A stretch of DNA of 64,000 bases from Obrimoposthia wandeli (Eukaryota), in assembly GCA_977020255.1 (NCBI GenBank), contig CDROCS010001315.1:62001-126000 (forward strand). The letters run 5' to 3'. The first letter of the stretch is position 1. Each line of letters opens with the position of its first letter. Under the pieces are notes generated by a model. That model was not told the DNA's origin. It made no database searches and saw only the letters and a list, made by a program, of their open reading frames with translations. This document shows, piece by piece, positions 13,554 to 26,107 of the stretch. Made by a program: the position numbers and the translations under genes.

Positions 13554-15299
13554 ATGAATGATCTCATTTTAAATTTTATATACTTTCTACACATTCCACA
13601 ACTCACTTTGTTGTCGTAAAAAAGAATTAAAAACGATAATTATTTGTTTCACCTAGAAAAGGAGAATCCACATTGGAAAGAAAACTCAAAGCGAATGCAT
13701 CGACAATTTTGGAGAAGATATCAATGGATATTGGAAAAGAACATAAAAATAAAAATTGAATCTTGTTTTTCAAAAGTCTGACTTCATATTGTGGGGACTT
13801 TAGTGGACACAGATATGGAAACAATAAATATTATCATCCAATTTTCAAAGAGCTTTGATGCTTTAACAGTTATAAAAATATTTAAGCACTGTTTTCACTG
13901 CGATTTTGCTTCTCTAATGTGACACCGTAATTTCACTAATATTTGTTTGGTACATGTACATTTTTGTGCTAATAAATATTTATTTAAATTATTTTTCTTT
14001 TTTTGTTTGTAAAATTTAAATTCTCCAAAATTCTCGTTCAGTACAAAATCATTATATGTTCATTTTTGTGAGTCATACTGTTATACTGTTTGATTGGAAT
14101 TTACACTGATTCCTGCACGTAGCCAGGATAAATATCTGGGATCGGAGTTCAGAAATTTAATTAAAAGAGTAGCCACCAACCCGTTACGGTAATCTTCATT
14201 TGGCCATTTCCGCTAACAATGAAGTATTTTAGGACAAGTCTTTGTTTGCAATATTCAATTCCTTGATACACCAGTACGGCGGCAGAACATTGAAAGACTT
14301 AAACACTTCGATTAGACAAAACTCACATGGGGAAATACGTTTAATATGAAGTTCTTCAACTGTTTGTGATATGAAATATTTCTAAATATGTTGAAAATTC
14401 ATGTAAAAATAAAATTATGTATGATGACAGATATTGTTTTAATTGGATTAATTAACTTTTATTAGTTCTAATAGTGCTACTTTTGAAATTATTTTCATTG
14501 TTTTAATACATTAATTGTAAACAATACATACACTTAATTGTAAACAATACTTACACGTAAATCTTTAGAATAATTGTATTACTCTTTCAGATTAATGTCA
14601 ATGGAGCCGATAAAACTTGTAGTAAGATAAATATTTATCAAAATAGTTTTTTATTGCAGTCTTTTTTCTTTTTTGTTAAATTTTACTTTTGTTTTTATTT
14701 AAAATTTTGTTGTATAATTAACATATGTTTGAAATTTATATTTAAAATCAAATTTGTTTAAATACATCATTAGAAACAGTAAACTTTAAGTAAATTTAAA
14801 TATTCACAAAAAATATGTTTATATATGTTTAATCATTTTGATTAATTTTGTTGGAGGTTTGTGTTTTAAGCCAATTTGTCTAAACACATCAATAAAATTA
14901 ATGAAAATATTCCATAAATTTTAAATAATTGCGACAAAATAGTTAAATATTTTGAGTTTTTATTTATCATTTTGCTGAATTTTAATTTTAAATAACAATT
15001 ATTTAATATTTTATTTTAAAAAATTAGTTGTAAAATTACAGTTTGTTTAACTTTAGCAAATAATTATAAATTAAATTCGATACAGATTTAAAATATTATT
15101 ATTTTTTAAATGATAAGTTTTTTTTCTACCTGGATCCATAAGAGTATGGAGAATTTGATTTTGTTAGACCAATCCAACCATGTAATAAAATAATCATGTT
15201 TGTTCTGATTCCGACGCTTAACTTGTTGACATCCATAAAATTTATACATGGTTAAACGCACAATATTATGACAATCACAACCATATACTTAAAACTTTA

Positions 15300-15725
15300 A
15301 AATACCAATCTTTTTTAACCCTTTTATTTATGGTCGATCATACCTTTATGGTTGAATTCGCATTCTGAAAATGATCCCAAGTAACGATCCTTTTTGAACG
15401 GGTTGAGTTGTTGTTCCAAGGTGCTTTTTGCTACATTTCCTCGCGTTTTATTGATTTTATCTTTTAGCTCTTTTGTTGGGTCTTTGTGGCTCAATATGTC
15501 GTTTATATCCTCCGTTATAGTTTTAATTGTTGTGGCGGGCAACTTGTTGATGATGTGCATTGTTATTTATATTTCGGTGTGTTTGTTGCTGGTTGCCAGA
15601 ATGTTGTGTGTTAGGTTAATCCAGTCTACAGGGTTTTCATTTTCTTCTACAATATATACTGGGGGTTTTATGAGTGTAAAAGTTGTCATTGTGGGTGCTT
15701 GTTCGTGTCTAGGCATTTTAGAAAT
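15300..15725 (-). pseudogene. gag: Gypsy gag N-terminal remnant, same lineage as 1-2945
   Basis: Minus-strand KPPVYIVEENENPVDW...HIINKLPATTIKTITEDINDILSHKDPTKELKDKI...LEQQL matches the Gypsy gag N-terminal pattern. It has the same A+C-rich coding strand. Confidence 0.65.
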
Positions 15726-15847
15726 ATCTTGAAAATTCGTATTATATTAAACAGATGTTGTGAAAAATAGCGAGTAATGAAAGGCAACTCAGAACACCGA
15801 CTCTTTCTTTTTAGAATGTAGGAATGTAGAAAACCGTATACAAAGAT

Positions 15848-16395
15848 TTCATATTATATTAGATGCTGATATTAAAGTGGGATCTACATAACCATGCCAT
15901 TTAACAAAGTATTGTTTATGTTTACCAGTACTCTTAGATTTTAATATTTTTTTAATACGGAAAACGCTAGGTTTATTTGATATATTTGCTCGTAAATTTT
16001 ACCCTGAATATTTATTATTGTCAGCATCTTTAATAGTATACATTACTCATTTGATCAATTTTACTTATACAAAATATTTCATCGCTCCAATTCTGATAAT
16101 ATTTTTTAATAAATGGAGTTGAGCTAATTTTAGAAATTCAAACATATTTGTTTCTCTTATATTTAACTTTTCTAACATTTTCTGTTTTATTCATGTCTAT
16201 CCAAATATCCATAGAGCTTTTATCAGTAAGATCAACAGGTCTCATTCCCTTGAGACTTCTATGTTCAGATTGATTATTTGCATGTATTATTTTATGTTAA
16301 ATTTGGATCCACTTTTTATTTCCTTCTTTTGTGAAATACTATAATATTCAATATCTTAAAGAACGATTGAATCTTTCTACTACTGCTGCTTTGTA
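15848..16395 (-). pseudogene. Duplicated, more degraded 3' half of the Polinton integrase
   Basis: Direct repeat of ~17341-17893 (YKAAVVERFNR...KQYFVKWHGY) with extra indels. Confidence 0.88.
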
Positions 16396-16400
16396 ATACT

Positions 16401-17345
16401 ATTGTTTATAGAAAAGAGAGAAACTGGAAGATACATTGGTTGATCTATACACATACCGACAGTGTCCCCATCTCTAGTTTCATTTTTAGATATCTATATT
16501 GTTCTCAAAAGTGGAACTCGCTGTCTTCCTACAAGCGTTGGTTCTATTAAATTAGTATAAATATATAAATGATTAACAGCATTTAAAAGTTTTGCCTTAT
16601 TTTTAGCTTTTATGGTTTTTATTGTATGGGTTTCAAAGGTATTTCTGTTTAAACCAAGGTTTTTAGCTAGTTTATCATCAAATGAAACTCGTTTTATATT
16701 GCTCTTTACTGTAAACGTTAATTTACCATTTAATGTTTCACATTTATCCAAATATTCACTACATTCCTTCTGTATTAATTTACAGAAATTCACTTCACTA
16801 TCTATTTTATAATCTTTTGAAAACGTTTTCAGTTCCACTACAGTCTTTGGTCTCGTTTCAAGTAACAACACTTTGGCTAATCTACCAGGAACATTTCTAA
16901 CCGAATTAGATGAGATAATATCCCGTTTATTACGAGCTACTGTTTGTTCACTATCAAAACTGAATTGAAGAGCTTCTTTTTTAGATTCAAAATTAATTTT
17001 AATAACTTGAAGAAATTTTAATCGATTTTTAAATCTGACTTTGTTATTTTCAAATATTACTTTCACTTCTTTATCTATACAATTGTAATAGAATTGTCCT
17101 TTACTATCAAACCCGATCACAACTTCAGTTGTTTTTTCATGATCAACTTCTTTTGTAAACGAAATATGTGAGTTTTTTTTGATAGTAATTGGAGAATAAT
17201 AAAAGGAAAATTCTGTTAAAGCCGCTTCCCATTCTCCTTGGAGATTTATAGAATTTTCCCAATCAATAATAAAGCTACTAGCGTCATTATCTGGTTGAGT
17301 CTTCGGACATCCGTTATTTGGTAAAACCATATACATAGAATTCAT
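16401..17345 (-). pseudogene. Polinton minor capsid (penton-like) protein, 3' truncated
   Basis: MYMVLPNN...PDNDASSFIIDWENSINLQGEWEAALTEF and LYIYTNLIEPTLVG..VPLLRTI are typical Polinton minor capsid motifs. About 5 aa differences in ~195 aa versus copy 2. Confidence 0.85.
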
Positions 17346-18358
17346 ATTATATTAGATGCTGATATCCAAGTTGGGTCTGAATAACCATGCCATTTAACAA
17401 AGTATTGTTTATGTTTACCTGTACCCTTAGATTTTAATATTTTTTGAATACGGAAAACGCTAGGTTTATTTGAAATTGCTTGTAAAATTTACCGTGAACG
17501 ATATTATTGTCAGCATCTTTAATAGTATACATTATTGGATTACTCTTTTGATCAATTTTACTTATACAAAATATTTCATCGCTCCAATTCTGATCAAAGT
17601 TTTTAATAAATAGAGTAGAGCTAATTTTCGAAATTCGAACATATTCGTTTTTCTTATATTTAGCTTTTTGAAATATTTTCTTTTTTATTCCTGTTAGTCC
17701 AAATGTCCATAGATTTTTTATTAGTAACATCAACAGGTCTCATTCCCTTGAGAGATCTATGTTCAGAGTGATTATATGCATGTATTATTTTAGGTAAAAC
17801 TTGGATCCATTTTTTATTTCCTTCATTTGTGAAATACTTTTTTATTCGATCTCTTAGAGTACGATTAAATCTTTCTACTACTGCTGCTTTGTATTGTGAA
17901 AACACAGAGTAATGATTTATATTATTTTGTTTAAATAATGATTGAACTTGCTGATTATAAATTTATTTTCCTAAATCAGTTTGCACATTTTGTGGAATGT
18001 CCTCCTTTAATATTTTTTTGATAGCTTCAAGCATAGCTATTGAAGACTTTGCTTTAACTGGAATTGCACGTGAAAATCTGCTAAATACATCAATACATGT
18101 TAAAATATACCGGTAACCCTTATTAATGGAAGAATATGAGATCATCTCCTTCAAATCTATTTGCCATAAATTATTAGGACCGCTGGTTTTGAAAGCTCTA
18201 ATTGGAAACCTTCTTCTCATCGGTTTGTGCAGACTGTAAGCTAACTGATCGCTCAGCCATTTCTGCGTTTTCTTGTAATTTTATTTTGTTCTTTTTGCTA
18301 ATTTTGAAACTTATGTGTAGTCAATTGGATCTTTTGGATTGAACCATATCTTCTCCAT
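17342..18358 (-). pseudogene. Polinton rve-type integrase with chromo-like C-terminus
   Basis: NLWQIDL, LTCIDVFSRF, QTDLGK, VVERFNRTL, KQYFVKWHGY. Stops and deletions present. Confidence 0.92.
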
Positions 18359-18493
18359 TACAACAATTTGAATATGTAGAAAATTTAAATTTAGGTAAAA
18401 AAGGGTTAGCACCCATATCTTTAGGTGATTTTTGAAATAATTGTTTATGTACGTGTCGTAGCTTTGTACGTGTTTTAAAAGCCTTACAAATAT

Positions 18494-19555
18494 TTACATA
18501 TTCTTATTAAGAAAATATAATTCATTTTCATTAATATTAAATTCCATTATATTAATTATATAATATGTATTATTCAATTGAATTTGAATTGACTTAATGC
18601 AATTTGTTGATGTTACAGGAAGAGAAGCTATATTAATTGTTGATGAAGATTGGAGAAAAAGGGAATTATTTTTTACTAAAGATATTTCAGTATCTTTAAA
18701 ACCGAGTAAAATATATCTAGGATTGTATGCAAGATTACCAATCTTGACTGAAAAGGTTGAACCAACTCCTATATCGAGTGTTGTACAAGTTCCATTTAGA
18801 TAATCTACATGTAAAGATTTATTTGAATTTAGCATTTCAAGAAGTTTTATCTCAGCTCTAGGATTTAGAGTATATTCAGGAATATGAAGTTCAAATGTTG
18901 ATAGTTTATGTTTTGCTTCAGTTCCTGCTGCTTCAAAATAAATTAGATTATTATCAACTTGCCTATTACAAATTAGTTCCAAAAAAACATTATGAATTAT
19001 GCTGTTATAATTTTGAAGAAATCCAAAAATATGTTTAAGTTTAAAAACTCCTTTAAATTTATCTTTATTATTATATAAAGATGTTCTTATTGCATAACTT
19101 GTATTTGCTGTATCTCCTTTCTTTACATCTGGAATCTATCCAGTCATTTCTCCACATTCTTTTTTATAGTCATCATCTGTAAGTGAAAATTTATGAAGTT
19201 TAGTTTAGAAGAATAAATTCCTGGGTTGAGTACATATTCAACTTCTGTTGAACCAATTTTAAGGCTCATGTTTGATAAAAGAGTTCTAAAGAAATTATTT
19301 TCAAGTGTTATTTTTCATTAACTTCCATGTCTTCTAGTTCAATTTTATAGTAAAGTTTAGCATTGCAAATATCTAGAGGATTGAAAGTTTGTAGAGATTT
19401 AAATACAATATCTTCTGATTTATTAAGATTTTAAATTGAACTTGTTGTTGAAGAAATACTCAAGACATCAATGTTCTTTATATCGTGTGAAAATGTTTAT
19501 TGTGATCGAGATTCATTTTAGATTTATCTAAAATTGAAACATTTGCACTTTCCAT
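18494..19555 (-). pseudogene. Major capsid protein of a second, different Polinton lineage
   Basis: NNFFRTLLSNMSLKIGSTEVE...NPG, FKLKHIFGFLQNYNSII, KLSTFELHIPEYTLNPRAEIKLL, NPRYILLGF, SIQIQLN fit the double-jelly-roll capsid pattern. It does not align by eye with the 43144 capsid. Confidence 0.65.
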
Positions 19556-20165
19556 TTTTAAAAAATTAAAATGAATTTATTTTAAAATTCTTGTTGATAA
19601 TATTAATCAACACACTTTCGTATTCAGAATTGTAAGCAATGAATCATTTACTGCTCATTTGATTCTAGCAGTACTTACAATAAAGTAATAATTCACTCAT
19701 TTAACTAGAGATAAAGGTAAAATGAGAGTAAAAATAAAAATGGAAAAAATATAAAATAATAATTAAAAACAAGTATTTTGAAAAATAGGTTCAGAAACTC
19801 TTAACGTTTAATACCCTTTTTGGTGTTAAAAGGGGAGAAATGAAGGCTAAACTGAAGAAGTGAAAATGGAAAAAAATACTGAAAATCAGCGATCTTTGTT
19901 GTTGTAGTTGTTGTTAGATTCAAATTTACCCCTTTTAACCTTTGAAAACACTTTTTGGAGTTCAAACAGTCAAAATGAGGGCTAAATTGAAGATGTCAAA
20001 ATGGAGATGAATATTGAAAATCAGGGTACTTCCATATTACTATTAATTGAGTGAAATAGTGATTTTAGATGGTTAAGGCTGCCAAAGTGCGGGAAGAAGG
20101 GTTCTGGTCAAGTGTGAAAAAAATGAAAATCAAGGTGCCTCTATTTTACTATTACTATTCTTATT

Positions 20166-20167
<2 letters not shown>

Positions 20168-20232
<65 letters not shown>
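20168..20232. repeat. (TA)n microsatellite
   Basis: About 32 perfect TA units. Confidence 0.97.
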
Positions 20233-20235
<3 letters not shown>

Positions 20236-20832
20236 CAAGTTTAAATTGAATTGTACATTAGAAATATCAATACCTTAACAATAATTGTTTCTTAAGTTCT
20301 TGAGTTTTAATGACCGTAATAATCGGTGATATTTTATTTGTATAATAATCAATAACATGTAGAAAATTCCTGATTGATCTATAAAAATCGTTAATTTCAG
20401 TTTAACATCTATGTAACTGAATATGTCATAATATAGTTTTGTATAAGTTTCTTTAGAAACTATATGTTTAGTCTTATAGTATGTTGAAGGAGATAAGGAG
20501 AGATGAGAAAGTTATGAAATTTATTATGAGGAAATACGATGAAATATAAAATATGTAAGATGAAGTGATGCCCACATTTTAGTTCGCTTGAATATATGAA
20601 CCTATCTTGTTATTTTATTTTATTATGCAGTAAAATCACTTTTCAAATACCATAACAAACATATATTTACAATATAAATTTTGAATTTGCGTGCATTGAA
20701 TTTGATGAATTAAAACAAAATAACGTAATATTATTTTATGATGTAGTAAAATCACTTTTCAAATCACATTATTTTAAATAATACGTGATCAGCTTTACAA
20801 ACGTAATTACATATAGTTGTACGTTTATGTAA

Positions 20833-21460
20833 TATACATACCTACATACATGATTAAGTTTTATTAAACACATACAAACACACATGCATATTATTTTGTT
20901 TCATCTTAAATACAAAAGAAATAAATTAAGTTGCAAATTTTTGCACCATGTGTGTAAGTGATGTCTTAGTTAAATATATATATATTTCTAGTAATCAAAT
21001 ACGCTCACATATATATAGATATTCTTATACCTTTCTCGCAAGGAGCAAATACAAATTTACCTTTGATTATATAAGTTTTTTTATAAAATATATTTTAAGT
21101 TACAAAGAAACTCACTTGTAAATACTTATATAACTTGATTTATTTTAGTTACTTATGAAATATAAGTAAATTATTTTTAAATAAAATTATTTTGATAATA
21201 TTTAAATTAATATTTTAAATTTTATTGAACTTAATTTAAATTTAGCTAGTTATAAAAGAAAGTAGAAAAATATTAAAAATGTTTCTCTTATAAACTCTTA
21301 CTGAATTAATTAATTTAATTGATGCAGTGAAACAAATTCTCGTTTAAAATACAATGGATAATTTTATAAAATATCTTATTTAAATAAAATATACATTAAT
21401 ATAATTTTTGTTTTTTAAATTAAAAAAAATAGTTAAATTAACCTGATTAAAATTATATTA
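20833..21460 (+). repeat. Segment shared in direct orientation with 47511-48020; probable Polinton right-arm DNA
   Basis: ACATACATGATTAAG.TTTATTAAACACATACAAAC...CAAGGAGCAAAT...GATGCAGTGAAACAAATT aligns in both places. Confidence 0.85.
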
Positions 21461-21759
21461 TATATTGTCAATTCTCCTATGAATATTAAAATAAATTATA
21501 TTAAATGTAAACATACCTAAATATTTCGAAATTAAATTACATATTTTATCTCCAACAATCTCCGGAGTCTCATTTTCTGAGAAGTAATTTTTTTTATAAT
21601 CTTCCATTAAATCTGGAAATAATTTAATGTATAATTTATTCCAATTTATTTTATTATTCATTTTACAAAAAACATTATATATAAAAAAAATTATATTTAG
21701 ACAATTATGTAACATAAAATTAATCAATAAAGACAAAAGAAAAAATTATATTCAAAATG

Positions 21760-22060
21760 TTATTTTCCGGTTTAATCTGGAGTATTCTCTTTCTTGCAGC
21801 TCGCCTATTGTCCTCCATCTCCTCCCTTCTTTTTTCATTCATTTATTTTCCAATTCAATCTTCTTTTTGTTCCATTCCACAATCCGTTGTCGTTCTGCTA
21901 GCCGCCTGTCCTGAATCTCCACCCGACGATTCCACTCGGTCGCGACAGCTGCGTAGAGATTCTGATTGAGGACCCTCTTTCTTAAATCTCCTTTCTTCTC
22001 ATTTCTTCTGATATTTTCTTCTATCTTCGTCACGAGACTTTTCATTTTAATGAATTCCAT
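21760..22060 (-). pseudogene. Charged coiled-coil-like accessory ORF
   Basis: MEFIKMKSLVTKIEENIRRNEKKGDLRKRVLNQ...RRLAERQRIVEW lies in a GC-richer block with a probable frameshift near 21840. No family recognised. Confidence 0.4.
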
Positions 22061-22385
22061 TTTTTAATTATAAAGAGGTTAATAAATTTGAACCTATATA
22101 TATAATATTAAGATATTTGTAATCCAATCACATTCAATTAAATGATGTATTTTTATTTATCAAATCACAGTTTAATAAATCTATAACTGCTAATTGCATT
22201 TCTATTTAAATTCTAAAAATTTAATGTAGAATTATTCCTAATTAATCCAATAACATTCGAATAAGTTAACTATTTTTTTCATCTTGATATTTTAATAAAC
22301 TAAAGATAGTATTTTTATATTACTAAATTTAAAATTTTTAAAGTTTTTTAAAATAAATATAAAGAAGAAAACGAAACAAATGAAA

Positions 22386-24391
22386 TTATTTTTTATAAAT
22401 TATATTTTTAAAAATCTTTACAAAGTCATCATTGGGATCATCCTCATCAAAATATCTCCGACAGCGTTTTATTGGAGAAAGCCGTACTGGCTCCTTCTTC
22501 TTTGGCCAGCCAGGTTTCTTTTTCGGTTGTTGTGCAGTAATTGCCATTTCCTGAGGTTTTGGCAGTAGTTGCCGCAACATTTTGGGAGGAGGTGCATCCT
22601 GCTGCCCTCGCAAATCTGGAAGCATAGCCGGTGTCTCCAGTTCCACCAGGAATTCGTTCAATTCAGCTTCATCCCAGGCCCTCTTCAAGTTCTGGCTTGT
22701 TGTTGGACGAGGAGAAGCAGTCTCCCAAGCCCTAGCCAAATTTTGGTTTATACTCAATGAAACCGGTGATGTCTCCTGCAGGCGTCGTTGACTGGGAGGC
22801 GGACTAATCTCGATCGGAGAGACTGGGATCCTCTCGTACAGAATTGGCCTGTAATCCACTGGATATGGGAGAATCTCCTGCCGTCTAATCACCACCTCAG
22901 AAGAATGGTGAATTGTGGTGCAACATTTTCTCAAGCGCTTCGTCTTCTTCACCTCTGCTCGCTTCGTCCGTTTCTTGGGGAAAGGAGTAATTTCCCCCCA
23001 AGTCTACTCAATTATCCAGACGCGTTCCTGTAAAAGAAACCATTAATAAAATTATAAATAAAATTGATTTATTTAAAAAATAATTAAATATCTAAAAAAT
23101 TACCTCAATAATCTGATACGGAAGTTTTTCCTGCCACTCTATCGAGAACTTTGTCGATTTGAGCAAACACGATTTCGCCTTATTAAGGCGCCTCGTCTTC
23201 CGCACAGCATCCCGCTTCGTTCGTTTCTGTGGGAAAGGAGAAATTTTGCCCCACGTCTCCCAAGTTAATTGTATTGGTTCCTGCAACAAAAAAATCAATA
23301 AAATTTAAACATATAAATAATTTACCTCAATGACAGGCAGGTTATGCTGTTTTATCAACTTGGCCTTCTTCTGATGGACCGTGTGGGTTTTGACTCGATG
23401 GTGTCAAAGTTTCTTAACCGCCTCTTGCTTCCTATCGACGGGTAGTCTGAGAGTTGCCTCCTCCCAAATTTCCTCCACCAATTCGGCTTCCTATGTGAAT
23501 AATTAAAATTATTATCTAATTTATAATAATTTACCTCAATTTTATCCGGAGTCGGTAAGTATCGCTGCTCACTCCTTGGATCCTCCTGGCTACATTGACT
23601 CACCAAGTACTGCGGTTCAATCAGCCTCTCCGCCGTGGTCAAAGACGGTGCCAAATCCAGTTGAAGTTTCTAAAAATGAAATTAAAATACATTTAAAATA
23701 AATTAATAGACTAATCTCATTCGTCGCCTTTATTCTCCTAACAGGACGTATCAGAGATTGTGGCCTTCTGAACGGATCAGGTACTGTATTGTCGGCTATC
23801 GGAGTTGAAGTTGCAGAGGGAGTGAGATCATCCCAATCGTCGGTGAACAGGTGCCACTTGTCCTCGTCCAATTGTGCAACTATCGACTCGTTGGCTCCTG
23901 GGAAATAGCTTCTCGATGAAAAGCTCCTCGTCTGAGTCTGGTGCGAGTACTATCTCCGGCTTAAACAGCAGGATCAATTTCCAGGAGCGTTTGATTGCTG
24001 CCTCAAAATTTTCGAAGAGATTGGATCTCCTTGCTGCTACTGCTGAAGTTGCTGGACGAGCAGCTTCTGGGTTCTGACGGGGATTACAGTTTTCCCAATT
24101 CTCAATTGAATCCTGACTAGTCAGGTCAATATATTGGGATCTCTGTACCCCACCTCTCACTTCCATTGGTTCTTCTCTCGGAGTTGAGCTGGCCAATGGG
24201 GCGTCTTTTTTTAACAGCTCCGTTCTTGCTGCTGCTTCTCCTTCGTCTCCTTTGCTCACCACCGACGAGTCTTGACTAAGTAAGTCAATGTACTGCGCCG
24301 GTGGTGGCATTCGCTGCTGTACTGGAGAGAGATCCCTATACAGTTGAACCTCCATATATTCGTCTAGGCCAACGTTGTTGAAAATAGGCAT
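22386..24391 (-). pseudogene. Five-exon accessory gene X with tandemly duplicated exons
   Basis: Introns at 23670-23715 (donor mutated GT>AT), 23491-23534, 23281-23325 and 23028-23103. All are phase 0 after a GAG codon. Internal exons are 135, 165 and 177 nt, all multiples of 3. Two stops and two frameshifts. Confidence 0.7.
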
Positions 24392-24834
24392 GTCTGGATA
24401 ATCCAAAATTTTCAATCCCAATATCATAACTTTACTACTGAAAAATATATTTACACATAGCGGTTTGAACTTCAAATAACTGAGAGCAGGAAATATTTCT
24501 GGTTCAAACATGCATTCTTCTTTCATTTTCTCTGCAGTTTTAAAAATATTTATCTGTTTCCCAAGATTAGCCGAAATCGTGATTGATTGTATTGCAGTGA
24601 TTTGAATTCCAAATTGTAATTCGAGCTCAAGCACAGGTATCTTGCATCCCATAACACGACAATTTCCTAAAAGAATTCAATATGAAAATTAAAAAAAAAC
24701 TAACCTGTGGGAAAAATAACAACTGTGCAATTGTCTAACCTTTTCACATATTGTGTCGGCTTCCATTCATTGAATGGTAAGTACGAAACATCATCTTCTA
24801 TTCTACCTTTATAATTTATATTTACGAGTTTCAT
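24392..24834 (-). CDS. TBP-like protein (two exons), truncated after the last beta strand and fused in frame to gene X
   Basis: MKLVNINYKG...TVVIFPTG|NCRVMGCK...FEPEIFPALSYLKFKPLCVNIFFSSKVMILGLK. A 38-nt GT-AG intron lies at 24667-24704, and the frame is open after splicing. Confidence 0.85.
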
Positions 24835-25070
24835 TAGACTAAAATTGTATTCTGTAAAATCTTCTTTATATATGTCTAAACCTGCGTTTTTGTTGCACGT
24901 TTCTTGTAATTATCTTACAAACCTTTTATAATTGTATGATATATTTCTTCAATCAAATTTGATTTTTAATATGGATTTAGTACAATCAAATTCAATGCTT
25001 TAGTTGAGATTCATCTCTTTGTTAGAAATTAGTATAAAAGAATGCACCATTGGAGGACAAATCACAATAA

Positions 25071-25545
25071 ATGCATTCATATCAAAAACAATTATCAATG
25101 ATGGTCGATAGCCAACGGATATTAAGTGGTGATGAAGATTTAGAAATGTTTGAAGAATCAGATAAGGATATGTATGAAGAAATGAAACAATATTTCAAAT
25201 ACAAAGTCAGATTCTTGAAGAAGGCTCAACTGATTGCTTTAGTAAATCCTGTGACAATTGAAAGAAGAAAGTTCAGCTATTATCTATCAAATATTCAAAA
25301 ACCAGATTTTCAATATCTTAAACTGAAAGTTGAAAAGGCAGTTCCAAACTTTACTTTCAATAAGAACAAATTTTATATCCGAGGAGCCGATGCTGCATTT
25401 CTAGATGAGTATGGAAGAGAAAAATATGTTGATGCGTTTCCGAAAAGAAGCAATGAACTGTAACAATTCGACTTTATGGTTACAAGAAAGATGAAATGGG
25501 AACAACTTTGTGGAAAATTTAACGTGCTCATATTCCTATGTTTTA
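25071..25545 (+). pseudogene. Gene B of copy 1 (putative OB-fold/SSB-like), frameshifted near 25445
   Basis: About 87% aa identity by eye to ORF 37823-38350. Confidence 0.75.
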
Positions 25546-25711
25546 ACTTTTTCTTTCATTTTGCATTTAATAAATTGTATTCATTTTTACTATGTTTCTT
25601 TCATTTGGCAATTAATAATCAGATTTATTTTTTATAATATTTGTATCTTATATGTATCTTATATGTATTTTTTTATAAACCTTGTTTTTTAATCAGTTTC
25701 CTTATTTTAGA

Positions 25712-26107
25712 ATGGACCCTCTTCTGAGATGTGTAGGAAATTTTTATTATCCAGAAAGAATTTCAAAAGGAAAACTATGTAATATATTAAAGAGGCATCA
25801 AATTATACGAGTTATGAATCCTGTGAAAATATCTAAAATGGCGAAATTTTAACAACATCTGATATTGATCAATTGAAAAATATTTTGGGATTTTACATTC
25901 CTGATTATGCATATGAAGGAAATTCTTTCCAGCTTGAAACTGATTCCAGCCTGGCTTTTAAAGATGATCTGGGATATTTGATTTCTCTAATTCTAGATGA
26001 ATAACTATGGAATATCTCAATACGTCTCAATGGATATTTTGCTGATGACAGGAAAATGCAGTCTCTTTTGGACTTTTAGTGAAGCCAATATGATGTTTTA
26101 TGTTTAA
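25712..26107 (+). pseudogene. Gene A of copy 1 (paralog of gene B)
   Basis: Aligns to the reverse complement of 37337-37740. It has an internal deletion and a stop. Confidence 0.75.

Noticed and set aside
15394-15732. 112-aa hydrophobic ORF resembling a membrane protein
   Set aside because: It is the antisense shadow of the A+C-rich gag remnant; GT-rich codons give spurious hydrophobic residues.
19830-20130. Two ~55-bp similar units, possible MITE
   Set aside because: No terminal inverted repeats or TSD could be defined.
20069-20278. ORF with a YIYIYI run
   Set aside because: It is the translation of the (TA)n microsatellite.
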